NCBI GenBank assembly: GCA_963816395.1
Contig: CAWFKQ010000007.1
Coordinates: forward strand, 387,738-451,737
Length of the DNA: 64,000 nucleotides
Direction of reading: 5' to 3'
Source: an uncultured delta proteobacterium
GTDB lineage: Bacteria > Desulfobacterota > Desulfuromonadia > Desulfuromonadales > JACZKF01
The notes under the pieces were generated by a model that was given only the letters and a program-made list of their open reading frames with translations, was not told the origin of the DNA and ran no database searches. A program made the translations under genes and the position numbers. This document shows positions 10,176 to 19,901 of the stretch, in pieces (within the stretch, counting starts at the first letter, position 1; every line of letters starts with the position of its first letter).

Positions 10176-11075
10176 TCACGCCAGTTTCTCGGCCCCGAGA
10201 TTGTCGAGCAGTTTCCGCAGTTTCGCCATGTTCTCCGGTTTGCACCGGGTGTTCGGCCGGATCGGTTCGCCGACCTCAAAACCGAGCAGCCGCATGTAAT
10301 CCTTGGTGACCACCGGGAAACTCCCCAGGTTGTACGCCATGCGCATCGGGGCCAGACGATATTGGGCTTCGCGGGCTCCAGCCAGATCGCCCGCCATGAA
10401 CCGGTCGTAGATCTCGACGACCAGTTTCGGGACGATATTGGCCGAGGAGGCCACGGTGCCGACGCCCCCGTACGCCAGGGTGCTCAAAATCAGGATGTCG
10501 CGACCGGCAATGACTTTGAAGTCCCGGTTCCTGGTGCGGCGGATGAATTCGGCGGTCAATGTCATGTCGCCGCTGCTCTCCTTTACCCCGACGATATTCG
10601 GAATCTCGGCCAGCCGTTCGATCAGGTTTGCCGAAATGCCGCAGCGCATGCGGTCGGGGTTGTTGTAGAGCAGCACCGGCAGCGAGGTGGCCTCGGCAAC
10701 GGTCCTGAAATGCTGGTAGAGTTCCTCGTCATTGGGGCTGAGGAACATCGGGTGCAGAACGGAGACCGCCTGCGCCTGCTGCTGCTCGGCCCAGCGGGCC
10801 CAGCGCACGCATTCCCGGGTGGTGATATCGGCAATGCCGACGTAGACCGGGACCCGCCCTCTGGCCTGGTCGATGGTGATAGCCGCTGCCCGCTCCTGCT
10901 CTTCCCGCTGCAGACCGAAAAATTCACCGTTACTGCCGAGGGACAGGATTCCGTGTACCCCGCCGGCAACGATGTGATCAACGATCTGGCGCAGGGACTT
11001 TTCAATCACCCGCTCTTCGGCATCGACCGGGGTGACGATCGGCGGGATGACGCCGCGCACAAAACTTGTGTCCAT
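10176..11075 (-). CDS. DapA/HBPHA-family class I aldolase or dehydratase (KdgD-like or keto-deoxy-glucarate aldolase candidate)
   Basis: 299 aa with the family pattern IPPIVTP...GVHGILSLGSNGEFFGL...PVLLYNNP...VGVKESSGD. Located between gudD and garR. Confidence 0.75.
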   Translation of the reverse strand: MDTSFVRGVIPPIVTPVDAEERVIEKSLRQIVDHIVAGGVHGILSLGSNGEFFGLQREEQERAAAITIDQARGRVPVYVGIADITTRECVRWARWAEQQQAQAVSVLHPMFLSPNDEELYQHFRTVAEATSLPVLLYNNPDRMRCGISANLIERLAEIPNIVGVKESSGDMTLTAEFIRRTRNRDFKVIAGRDILILSTLAYGGVGTVASSANIVPKLVVEIYDRFMAGDLAGAREAQYRLAPMRMAYNLGSFPVVTKDYMRLLGFEVGEPIRPNTRCKPENMAKLRKLLDNLGAEKLA

Positions 11076-11110
11076 GGGTATTTCCCCTTTCTGCGAGTCC
11101 TCGCCGTCCG

Positions 11111-12461
11111 TCAGCGAACCATGCAGGGGCGCTTGTTGTCGAAGGCCCAGCCTGGAATCAGATACTGCATGGCCGCTGCATCATCGCGTCCCCCCAGCCC
11201 CTTGGACCAGTAGAGGTGGTTGGCCTCTTCAATCGCATCCATGTCGATCTCGACACCCAGGCCGGGCCGCTCGGGAACGGAGATCGGTCCTCCGACGATC
11301 TTGAAGCGGATTCCTGGTCAGGTGCTGTCCGTCCTGCCAGATCCAGTGGGTATCGATGGCGGTGATTTTACCGGGCGCGGCGGCGGCGACATGGGTGTAC
11401 ATGGCCAGGGAAATGTCGAAGTGGTTGTTGGAATGCGACCCCCAGGTCAACCCCCACTCGCGGCACATCTGCGCCACCCGCACCGATCCCTGCATGGTCC
11501 AGAAGTGCGGGTCGGCCAGGGGGATGTCGACGGAATGAAGCTGGATGGCGTGCCCCATCTGGCGCCAATCGGTGGCGATCATGTTGGTCGCGGTCGGCAG
11601 ACCGGTCGCCCGCCGGAATTCGGCCATGACTTCGCGGCCCGAATATCCGTTTTCGGCGCCGCAGGGGTCTTCCGCATATGCCAGTTCCTGGTGCCGCCCC
11701 TTGCACAGCCGGATCGCCTCTGCCAGCGACCAGGCGCCATTGGGGTCGATGGTGATACGCGCCTGGGGAAAACGGCTGGCGAGAGCGATGATCGCTTCAA
11801 TCTCCTCCTCACCTGGCAAAACGCCGCCCTTGAGCTTGAAATCGTTGAAGCCGTAACGCGCATGGGCGGCCTCGGCCAGGCGCACAACGGCTGCCGGGGT
11901 CATCGCCTCCTCGTGGCGCAGCCGCAGCCAGTCATCCTTCGCCTGTGAATCGGCGAGATAGGGCAGATCGGTCTTGTTCCGATTGCCGATGTAAAAAAGG
12001 TAACCGAGGATTTCGACGCTGTCGCGCTGCTGCCCTTCACCCAGCAAAGCAGCCACCGGTACATTGAGGAACTGCCCCAGAAGGTCGAGCAGGGCCGCCT
12101 CCAGGGCGGTCACGGCATGGACCATGACGCGCAGATCGAAGGTCTGCAGCCCGCGCCCGGCTGCATCACGGTCCGCGAACTGCCGGCGCACCGCATTCAG
12201 GGTGTTGTTGTAACGGCCGATTTCCTGATCGATCACCAGCGGGCGCGCCTCTTCGAGGGTCTTGCGGATCGCTTCGCCGCCGGGGACCTCGCCGACTCCG
12301 GTGCGGCCGGAAGAATCCTTCAATATGACGATGTTCCGGGTAAAGAACGGCCCATGGGCGCCGCTGAGGTTGAGCAGCATACTGTCGTGGCCGGCAACCG
12401 GGACGACCAGCATCTCGGTGACGACCGGGGCCCCGGTTATCTTTGCTGAGTGACTCTCCAA
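11111..12461 (-). pseudogene. gudD: Glucarate dehydratase (enolase superfamily), +1 frameshift near the 3' end
   Basis: [38 protein letters not shown] matches E. coli GudD. Likely TTG start at 12461 behind AGGAGG. After ...[15 protein letters not shown] the conserved tail [22 protein letters not shown]...[17 protein letters not shown] continues in the next frame (extra base near 11301-11310), with stop at 11111. Confidence 0.9.
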
Positions 12462-12533
12462 GGGATCCTCCTGCAGAAGTTTTTGCCGCCTGTCCGCACG
12501 CGCCAAAAAGTTGAACGCTAATTATTCTCGGGC

Positions 12534-12562
12534 ATGGTAGCGCTACCATATTTAGCTGTCAA
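12534..12562 (-). promoter_or_regulatory. Sigma70-like promoter (TTGACA-17-TACCAT) overlapped by perfect 16-bp palindrome ATGGTAGCGCTACCAT
   Basis: Minus strand reads ctgTTGACAgctaaatatggtagcgcTACCATgcc. The palindrome at 12534-12549 covers the -10 element and lies about 70 nt upstream of the gudD start. Confidence 0.65.
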
Positions 12563-12691
12563 CAGGATTTTGAACCGCTCTGGACGTTTCTGCAAAAGGC
12601 AGAGGCAATTAGAGGCGGTAGAGAGAACTTCACGTAGAAATTACAGCTAGAAAGGGTATTTTTACCCATCGAAGGGAAGTGCTTAATGCTC

Positions 12692-12721
12692 TTGACTATC
12701 CTATTTGATACCGCTACCATC
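12692..12721 (+). promoter_or_regulatory. Sigma70-like promoter (TTGACT-17-TACCAT) overlapped by operator TGATACCGCTACCATC; probable autoregulation of the LacI-family gene
   Basis: cTTGACTatcctatttgataccgcTACCATcg lies about 50 nt upstream of ATG 12771. The half-site GCTACCAT is identical to the other two operators. Confidence 0.6.
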
Positions 12722-12770
12722 GAAATTGGAAGCCAGCGAAATACTGATTCAGAGAGGATAGATTTTCTCC

Positions 12771-13850
12771 ATGCCCCCAGCAAAAAACGGCAACAACCCC
12801 AAAGGGATCGACTCCGCGCCCGCCAGGCGCCTTGCGGGCAACGGCGGTTCCAGCCGTTCAACCGGCAGCGTCACCCTGGACGATGTCGCCAAGTTGGCCG
12901 GGGTTTCGCCGATTACCGTGTCGCGCGCGCTCAATCACCCCGACAAGGTGGCGCAAAAAACCCTGGACAAAGTCAACCAGGCCATCGCCCGCACCGGTTA
13001 CGTTCCCAACCTGCTGGCCGGCGGCCTGGCCTCCCGGCGCAGCCGGCTGATCGCGGCCATCGTCCCGTCCATCGCCAACTCGGTCTATGCCGAGACGATC
13101 CAGTTCTTCAGCGACAGGCTCAGGGATTCCGGCTACCAGGTGCTGCTGGGCGAGTCCGGATATTCGGAAAACCGGGAGGAATCCCTGATCACCGCCGTTT
13201 TGAGCCGCAGCCCCGATGGGATCTTCCTGACCGGGGTCAACCATTCCATGGCCTGTCGCCGGCTGCTGGCGGCCGCCAACATCCCGGTGGTGGAAACCTG
13301 GGACATCACCCCCACTCCCCTCGATGTCGTCGTCGGCTTTTCCCACGAGCAGCTTGGTCGGGCCGTCGCCGAATACTTGCTGAAAAAAGGCTATCGCCGT
13401 ATAGGCATCGTTTCGGCCGACGATCATCGGGCGCGGATTCGGCAGCAGGCCTTTGTCCAGGCCCTGGCCAAACAGGGAGTCGTCGATGTTGCCATCAGTA
13501 CCGTACCTGTGCCGACCAATTTCAAATTGGGGCGGGACGGGCTGGCCCAGCTGCTGGACGGCGGCTTCGGCGAAGGCGCGGTTTTCTTCAGCTCCGACAC
13601 CCTGGCTCAGGGCGCTCTGGCTGAAGCGCAGTCCCGCGGCCTGGCCATTCCGGACCAGATAGCCATCGTAGGATTCGGCGATCAGCCTTACGCCGCCCAC
13701 ACCTACCCTGCCCTCACCACCGTGCGGTTCGACCGGGCGGCGATCGGTCAGCGCGCCGCCGATGCCTTGCTGACGAGAATCAACGGGGAAACCGTGGAAG
13801 AAAACGTGATCGATGTCGGATTTACCATCGTGGAACGCCAGACGACCTGA
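12771..13850 (+). CDS. LacI-family transcriptional regulator (GntR-of-gluconate type)
   Basis: HTH VTLDDVAKLAGVSPITVSRALNHP followed by a periplasmic-binding-fold effector domain (..IPVVETWD..VGFSHEQ..FFSSDTLAQGAL..). Divergent from gudD. Confidence 0.9.
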   Translation: MPPAKNGNNPKGIDSAPARRLAGNGGSSRSTGSVTLDDVAKLAGVSPITVSRALNHPDKVAQKTLDKVNQAIARTGYVPNLLAGGLASRRSRLIAAIVPSIANSVYAETIQFFSDRLRDSGYQVLLGESGYSENREESLITAVLSRSPDGIFLTGVNHSMACRRLLAAANIPVVETWDITPTPLDVVVGFSHEQLGRAVAEYLLKKGYRRIGIVSADDHRARIRQQAFVQALAKQGVVDVAISTVPVPTNFKLGRDGLAQLLDGGFGEGAVFFSSDTLAQGALAEAQSRGLAIPDQIAIVGFGDQPYAAHTYPALTTVRFDRAAIGQRAADALLTRINGETVEENVIDVGFTIVERQTT

Positions 13851-13966
13851 TATCTCTTTCAGAGCCTGAGCTGCGGCAATTCGCCGGTCATCGCAAGAAA
13901 CCTCCCGGCATTGCCCCGGATCCGCGCCAGCAGTTTTGTTATAAGTGGAGACCTGAGCACTCCTTA

Positions 13967-14092
13967 GTCAACCTTCCTGACGGCATCGCCTACGACCCGG
14001 CAACCGGGCGTCTGCTGGTTACCGGCAAGCGCTGGCCGCGCATTTTCCAGATCGAAATGCCACCTTTGCGAATTCACTTCCAAGGCATTTGA
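13967..14092 (+). pseudogene. C-terminal remnant of a glutamine cyclotransferase (glutaminyl cyclase)-like gene
   Basis: A 42-codon frame VNLPDGIAYDPATGRLLVTGKRWPRIFQIEMPPLRIHFQGI* resembles the conserved C-terminus (NGIAYD...L.VTGK.WP.LFEI) of that family. There is no upstream ORF; stops are present immediately 5'. Confidence 0.45.
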
Positions 14093-14100
14093 TCGGGGGC

Positions 14101-15330
14101 CTATGACTTGAGAGCCTCGGCCAGGAGTTCCACCGGGTGCATGACCTGAATTGACTCGTCGTTCAAATTCCCGCGGATTTGCAGGCGGCATCCGGTGCAT
14201 CCGGAAGTTACTATGCCGGCCCCGGTATTCTTGATTGAGGTAATCTTTTTCGAGGTAATGCCCGAGGATATGTCCGGATGCTGCAGCTGAAAGGAGCCGC
14301 CCCCTCCGCAGCAGGCATCCGCCCCGGCCATCTCCACGAACTCGAGGCCGGGAATCTGCTTTAGGATGGCGCGGGGTTCATCCTTAATACTTTGGCTCCG
14401 CAGAAGATGGCAAGGGTCGTGGTAGGTCACGCGTTCATTGATGGGGCGGAGAAATCCTGCAAGATCAAAATCCTGCAGATATTGCGATATGTCCATCACT
14501 TTTGCCGCCAGGGATCGGGCAGCATCCGCATCTTCTCCCATTTCGTCCAGAATAGGGACGTAATCGTTTTTCAAGGCGGCGCCGCATGTGGCACAATCAA
14601 CGACGACGGCATCGACATCCTCGCGGTTGAGAATCGAAACGTTCCTGCGAATATTGTCGATAGCCAACTCCCTGGCGCCGGACAGAAAAATCGGCAGGCT
14701 GCAGCACATCTGATCTTTGGGAATTATGACGTCCACGTCGATACGGTTCAGGATTTTTATGACAGAATGCCCAACGTTCCCGTACAGATAGTTTGTTGCA
14801 CAGCCGGTGAAATAAAGCACTCTGCCTCTGGGGCCGGCCGCCCGGATAATTTCCGGGAACTGATCCCGCAATGGCTTTGCATTCAAGGTGGGGAGCCTGG
14901 CAAGAGACAGGGTTCCGATTTTTACATTCTGGAGGAACAGAGAACGAAGCGGCGTTTCCAGGACCCGACCGAAGAACATGGACAAAGACAAGAGTCGATT
15001 GCTTGCCAGCAGCCTGAAAAGGCCCTGTTTCTGCCAGCTTAGTCCGAATTTTTCAACCAGTTCAGCCCGCACGGCCTTCATCAGACGATCTATCTTGACG
15101 CCACTCGGGCAGGTTACCGTGCAACTTTCGCACAGCAGACAGGTGAACAGGATTTTGTTGAAGTTCGCCGAGAGCTCCAATTGACCTTCCAGCACTTTCT
15201 TGATCAACTGCACCTTGCCACGGGGAGAGCCCCCCTCATAGTTCAGTTGCTTGTAAACCTGGCAGGAGCTCATGCAGGCACCGCATTTATTGCACTTATG
15301 AACCTCTTCTTTCAGCTCGTCGGCTATCAT
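14101..15330 (-). CDS. (Fe-S)-binding oxidoreductase, GlcF/LldE-like (two 4Fe-4S motifs plus CCG cysteine-rich domains)
   Basis: CNKCGACMSSCQVY and CLLCESCTVTCPSG ferredoxin motifs, then CCG-type motifs (..YFTGCATNY.., ..DACCGGGGSF..). Confidence 0.85.
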   Translation of the reverse strand: MIADELKEEVHKCNKCGACMSSCQVYKQLNYEGGSPRGKVQLIKKVLEGQLELSANFNKILFTCLLCESCTVTCPSGVKIDRLMKAVRAELVEKFGLSWQKQGLFRLLASNRLLSLSMFFGRVLETPLRSLFLQNVKIGTLSLARLPTLNAKPLRDQFPEIIRAAGPRGRVLYFTGCATNYLYGNVGHSVIKILNRIDVDVIIPKDQMCCSLPIFLSGARELAIDNIRRNVSILNREDVDAVVVDCATCGAALKNDYVPILDEMGEDADAARSLAAKVMDISQYLQDFDLAGFLRPINERVTYHDPCHLLRSQSIKDEPRAILKQIPGLEFVEMAGADACCGGGGSFQLQHPDISSGITSKKITSIKNTGAGIVTSGCTGCRLQIRGNLNDESIQVMHPVELLAEALKS

Positions 15331-16712
15331 ACGGCATGCTCCAGGAAACTTCCCGGATTCAAAATCCCCTTGGGATCAAAAGCGTCTTTCAATGATCGCA
15401 TCATCTTCAGGCGGACCTCGCCGAGCTGCTTGGGCAAATACTTCGCTTTATAGATGCCAATCCCATGCTCGCCCGAGACCGTGCCCCCCACGGAAAGGAC
15501 ATAATCCACCAGCTCGTCCTTAGCCATCCCAACTCGCTTCATTTCCTCTTCATCTCGTTGATCGCAGAGAAAAAATGGGTGAAAATTCCCGTCGCCCGCG
15601 TGTGCCAGGACTGCCGTCTGCACGCTGTATCGTTCTCCGACTTCGAGTATTTTCTTTATGGCATCGGTCAGAAAACCCACTGGCACGGTACTGTCTTCAA
15701 CGATGCACGTCGGGCGCACTCTGCCCATGGCGCCCGCAACAGAGCGCCTGGCAGCCCAGAGTTGTTCATTTTCCTTATCGGAACTCGACAGGTGGACCTC
15801 TCTTGCCCCATGCGCCCGGCAGAATTCTGCCACCAGGGCGGACTGCCTTTCTACAGTATCCGGATCGCCGTCCACATCGATGAGCAGGATCGCCTCGGCA
15901 TCCAGGGGAAGTCCCATGTGAGCAAAATCCTCTACGGCCTTTATGACCGTTTTTTCCATGAGCTCGAGCGTCGCCGGTATGATCCCGGCTTCGAAAATCT
16001 TGGCTACCGTGGTCCCGGCGTCGTCGAGACGATCATAGATGGCCTCAAGGGTACGCCTTGCCTTGGGTTTTGGCAGCAGGCGGACCGTTACCCTGGTCAC
16101 CAGCGCCAACGTCCCTTCCGATCCACAGAGCAAGCGGGTAAGATCATAACCAGCCACATCCTTGCAGGTCACGGTTCCTGTTTTCATCACCTCGCCGGAA
16201 GGCAACACCACCTCCAGTCCCAGAAGGTAATCCCTGGTGACTCCATACTTTATTCCCCGCATCCCGCCAGCGTTCGTCATGACGGTGCCGGCAATGGTGG
16301 CAACGGCAACACTGCCTGGATCGGGAGGGTAAAAGAGGTCCAGGCCATCCACGGCTTTCTGGAGTTCGGCAACGACCACCCCCGGCTCCAGGATGGCATA
16401 TCGGTTGGCAGCATTGATTTCAAGAATTCTGTTCATCATGGAAAAACATATTATGATGCCGCCCTCTTTAGCCAACGAACCTGCCGTCATGCATGTTCCG
16501 GAGCCACGGGGGGTAACTGATATGCCGTGTGTGGCGGCTATTGTCATGATCCCTGATACTTCTTCGGTTGTTTTGGGAAAGAGGACTGCTTCCGGAAGAA
16601 ACTCCCGCAGGTATCCATCATAAGAGTAGGTCACGAGATCTTCTGCGGTGGTCTTGCACCGCTCTTCACCGACAACAGAAATAAGCATGTCCAGGATTTC
16701 TTGTGACAGCAT
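15327..16712 (-). CDS. FAD-linked oxidase, GlcD/D-lactate dehydrogenase family
   Basis: 461 aa with FAD-binding-4 and FAD-oxidase C-terminal patterns (..VTPRGSGTCMTAGS.., ..GTVSGEHGIGIYKAKYL.., FDPKGILNPG). 4-nt overlap with the GlcF-like gene. Confidence 0.9.
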   Translation of the reverse strand: MLSQEILDMLISVVGEERCKTTAEDLVTYSYDGYLREFLPEAVLFPKTTEEVSGIMTIAATHGISVTPRGSGTCMTAGSLAKEGGIIICFSMMNRILEINAANRYAILEPGVVVAELQKAVDGLDLFYPPDPGSVAVATIAGTVMTNAGGMRGIKYGVTRDYLLGLEVVLPSGEVMKTGTVTCKDVAGYDLTRLLCGSEGTLALVTRVTVRLLPKPKARRTLEAIYDRLDDAGTTVAKIFEAGIIPATLELMEKTVIKAVEDFAHMGLPLDAEAILLIDVDGDPDTVERQSALVAEFCRAHGAREVHLSSSDKENEQLWAARRSVAGAMGRVRPTCIVEDSTVPVGFLTDAIKKILEVGERYSVQTAVLAHAGDGNFHPFFLCDQRDEEEMKRVGMAKDELVDYVLSVGGTVSGEHGIGIYKAKYLPKQLGEVRLKMMRSLKDAFDPKGILNPGSFLEHAV

Positions 16713-16733
16713 GGGTCGTTACCTCGCTTGAAA

Positions 16734-17799
16734 TTATCCTTGAATACATCCTGCCAACATCTGACGGCTGAGACCCACCGCTGTGCCACACAACATCAGC
16801 TCCTCCAGAGTTGCATCTTCCACCGCAATTCCCCCGTTCCCGACGTTCCGCACTTTTATTTCGCTCCGGGTCGCCTGCCACCATGACATCGAGATCCACC
16901 GGTCTGGATTCTTTCATGTAACGAACGACAGCATCGATTTCCGCTTCCATCCACCGGTGGTCAACAAATCGCTTGGGATCAACCAGAAACGTCAGCATGT
17001 TGTTTATGATGCCCCCCAGCCGGGGGGTTTCGGGCTGGATGGTGCCTCCCCCCGTGAGGACGCCGGCAAGCAGCTCGCAAAAAAACGCCAGGCCATACCC
17101 TTTATGTTCTCCCAGAGGAAGGAAGGCCCCGCGCGGTTCCTGGAAGATGACCCGAGGATCGGTTGTCGGCTCCCCCTGGGAATCCAGAAGCAGCCCGGGC
17201 GCAAGCTGCTCTCCCCGGTTCATGGCTACCCGCGCTTTGCCGAGGGCAATTTTGCTGGTAGCCATGTCCAGGATGACGGCAGGAGTCTCAGCCGTCGCCG
17301 GTAGAGCCATACAAAGCGGGTTGGTAGACAGGCGGGCCTCCCGGCTGCCAAAAGGAGCCACGAGCGGAGCATGGTCAATGACATTGACGAAATGCAACGA
17401 GACCAGACCGGCGGCAGCCGCCTGCTCGCCATATGTGCCGACTCTTCCGATGTGGTGGGCGTTGCGGAGCGCCATGATCGTCAGGCCGGTGTCACGGCAG
17501 CGCTCAATAGCCGCGTTCATGGCCTCCGTGGCAACCCGCTGGCCATAACCCCGTTGACCGTCAAACACGAGTATCGAGCCGTTGTCACTGACCAGGCTGG
17601 CGGAGGTCCCCGGCTTCAGCAAGCCGGCCGTGAGATTTTTGATGTAGGCAGGCAGCATGCCGGCGCCATGGCTGTCATGTCCACTCAGGTTGGCCCGGAC
17701 AAGATGGTCGGCAACCAGCTCGGATTCATATTCGTCGCTACCACTCTGCCGCAGGATAGATAAGAGCAGACGTTTCAGATTCTGTGCCGTAATGATCAT
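16734..17799 (-). pseudogene. Ldh_2 family (malate / L-lactate / sulfolactate / ureidoglycolate) dehydrogenase, +1 frameshift in a G5/C5 run
   Basis: MIITAQNLKRLL...LSGHDSHGAGMLPAYI...NAHHIGRVGTYGEQAA is typical of Ldh_2. After ...AERRERG the frame changes at 16831-16835 (ccccc). The repaired tail is GIAVEDATLEELMLCGTAVGLSRQMLAGCIQG*, with stop at 16734. The ORF-track tail overlapping glcD is an artefact. Confidence 0.75.
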
Positions 17800-17819
17800 C
17801 GACTTTTCTCCTGGGCTCC

Positions 17820-18732
17820 CTATTCGCGATCTGCGGCGCCATTGGAGCCTTCATATAATTGTTTGCTCCTCGTTTCCCGGGCACATAGTTCGGCCCACGA
17901 CCGATCTGCCGCAGCCTGAATCGCTTCGGTATGCGCAGGCATTATATGACTGAAACGCCCCTGAGTCGCGAGATAGCGCTCCACGGGGAGCCTTTGGGGG
18001 CGATAATTAATCTCGTAACGCAGTCCGTCGAAGATCTCGTACAGCGGGAAGATATTGCTCTCCACACTCAGCCTGGCAACGAGTGGCGCCTCATCCGGGG
18101 CGATTTTCCAGCCGGTGTTGCAGGGGGTCAGCAGGTGAATGAAGCGGGTGCCGCGCATCTTTCTTGGCTTTTTCGACCTTGGCCATGAGGTCCTCGGGAA
18201 AAGCGATCGAGGCGGTGGCAGCGTAGGGGATCCGATGGGCGGCCATGATTTCCATGATCTGCTTTTTGTTCCTGGTATTACCGGTGGGGGTGGTGCCGGT
18301 CCAGCTGTATTTGGGCGTGGACGACGACACCTGAACGCCGGTATTCATGTAGGCTTCGTTGTCCAGGCAGACATAGATGAAGTCCTCATTCCGGTCCGCC
18401 GCTCCGGAGAGTGCCTGGAGCCCGATGTCGAAGGTGCCGCCGTCACCGGCAAAGGCCAGCACCGTGACGTCGTCCACACCCTGCCGTTTCAGGGCGGCGG
18501 ATATCCCGGCCGCGGAGGGCGCCGCGGTCTCGAAGGCGGAATGGAAGCTCGGCACCCCCAGAGAGGTATTGGGAAAGGGGCCGGCGATAATCGCCGCGCA
18601 TGAGGGTACCACCACGACCACCGCCTTAAAGCCCAGGGCCTTGAGTACTATCCGCATGCCCATGGCGTAACCGCAGCCGGGACAGGCGGCGTGGCCGGGG
18701 CGAAGCACGTCTTTTGTCGTATCGTTATTCAC
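17820..18732 (-). pseudogene. 2-oxoacid:ferredoxin oxidoreductase beta (TPP-binding) subunit, +1 frameshift
   Basis: ORF 18091..18732 (..ACPGCGYAMG..AFAGDGGTFDIGLQALSGA..CLDNEAYMNTG..) continues as ORF 17820..18158 (MRGTRFIHLLTPCNTGW...). The junction is at AAGAAAGATGCGC (about 18155-18166). Confidence 0.85.
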
Positions 18733-19901
18733 TGGGCGCTCCCTTCTGCCGCGGCGTCGTCAACCCAGATCGGCTGGTCCACGAAAAATTCTCTGGTCAG
18801 CGCGTCCTGCGCCACCCACTCGATCAGCTGCGGGTTCACATCGGTGCCGCCGATGCCGGCCAGGTAGCCCTGGATCTTTGGATGCCCGGGAGAATTTACC
18901 AGGGCTGCCTTGATCTCGGAGCAGAAGATGCCCTCCCGACCGAGGGAGATATTGCGTTCGAGCACGGCGACACGCGGGGCCTTGTCGAGAACCATCCGTA
19001 AGGCCTTGACCGGGAAGGGCCGGAAAAGTCGCAGCTTGCACAGGCCCACCTGCAGCCCCCGGGAGCGGAGGGTGGCCAGCGCCACCCGGGCCGTAGAGGT
19101 AATGGTGGCGGTGGTCACAAGGATCAGGTCGGCACCCTCGCATTCGACCGCTTCCACGATCCCGTAACTCCGGCCGAATGTTTGCCCGTAGTCGCTGTCC
19201 ACCCGTTCCACCACTGCAAGAGCATGTTCCATCGCCTCCGAGGCGAGCCGCCGGAAGTCCCGGTACTGCTTGGCGCTGACCACTGCATTCGAGAATCCGG
19301 GATTGGCAAGGTCAAAACGGCGGGGGAGTCTGGGCGGCTGCAGCCATTCATCGACCTGCACCGGTTCCGGCACCTCGGTCGGCTCCATGAAATGGGAGAT
19401 AAAGTTGGCTTCCAGCACTACCATGACCGGGAGCATGAGCTCCTCCGCGATTTTGAAGGCCTGGACGGTTGTATCCAGGGCTTCCTGGTTGTTCTCGCAG
19501 TAGAGCTGCAGCCAGCCGGTGTCACGCTGAGACAGGGAGTCGGTCTGGTCGCTCCAGAAGGCCCAGGGGGCCGCAAGTGATCGATTCACCACTGCCATGA
19601 CCACCGCAGTGCGGGACCCGGCCGCAAAGTGAAGCATCTCGTGCATGAGCGCCAACCCCTGTGAGGAGGTGGCAGTGAACGTGCGCACCCCGGTCAGCGA
19701 GGCCGACAGGCAGGTGGCCATGGCCGAATGCTCGGATTCGACCTTTACCATGGTACCGCCCAGCTCGCCTCCCGCGTCCCAGTCCGAGAGCTGCTCATAG
19801 ATCGGTGTCTGGGGCGTGATGGGGTAGGCTGCCACGACATCGGGCCGGCAGAGCCTGACCGCTTCGGCCACAGCGTGGTTTCCGCTGATGAATTTTCTCA
19901 T
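18729..19901 (-). CDS. 2-oxoacid:ferredoxin oxidoreductase alpha subunit
   Basis: Trimmed to MRKFISGNHAVAEAVRLCRPDVVAAYPITPQT (ATG 19901), a typical PorA/VorA N-terminus. 4-nt overlaps with both neighbours. Confidence 0.9.
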   Translation of the reverse strand: MRKFISGNHAVAEAVRLCRPDVVAAYPITPQTPIYEQLSDWDAGGELGGTMVKVESEHSAMATCLSASLTGVRTFTATSSQGLALMHEMLHFAAGSRTAVVMAVVNRSLAAPWAFWSDQTDSLSQRDTGWLQLYCENNQEALDTTVQAFKIAEELMLPVMVVLEANFISHFMEPTEVPEPVQVDEWLQPPRLPRRFDLANPGFSNAVVSAKQYRDFRRLASEAMEHALAVVERVDSDYGQTFGRSYGIVEAVECEGADLILVTTATITSTARVALATLRSRGLQVGLCKLRLFRPFPVKALRMVLDKAPRVAVLERNISLGREGIFCSEIKAALVNSPGHPKIQGYLAGIGGTDVNPQLIEWVAQDALTREFFVDQPIWVDDAAAEGSAQ

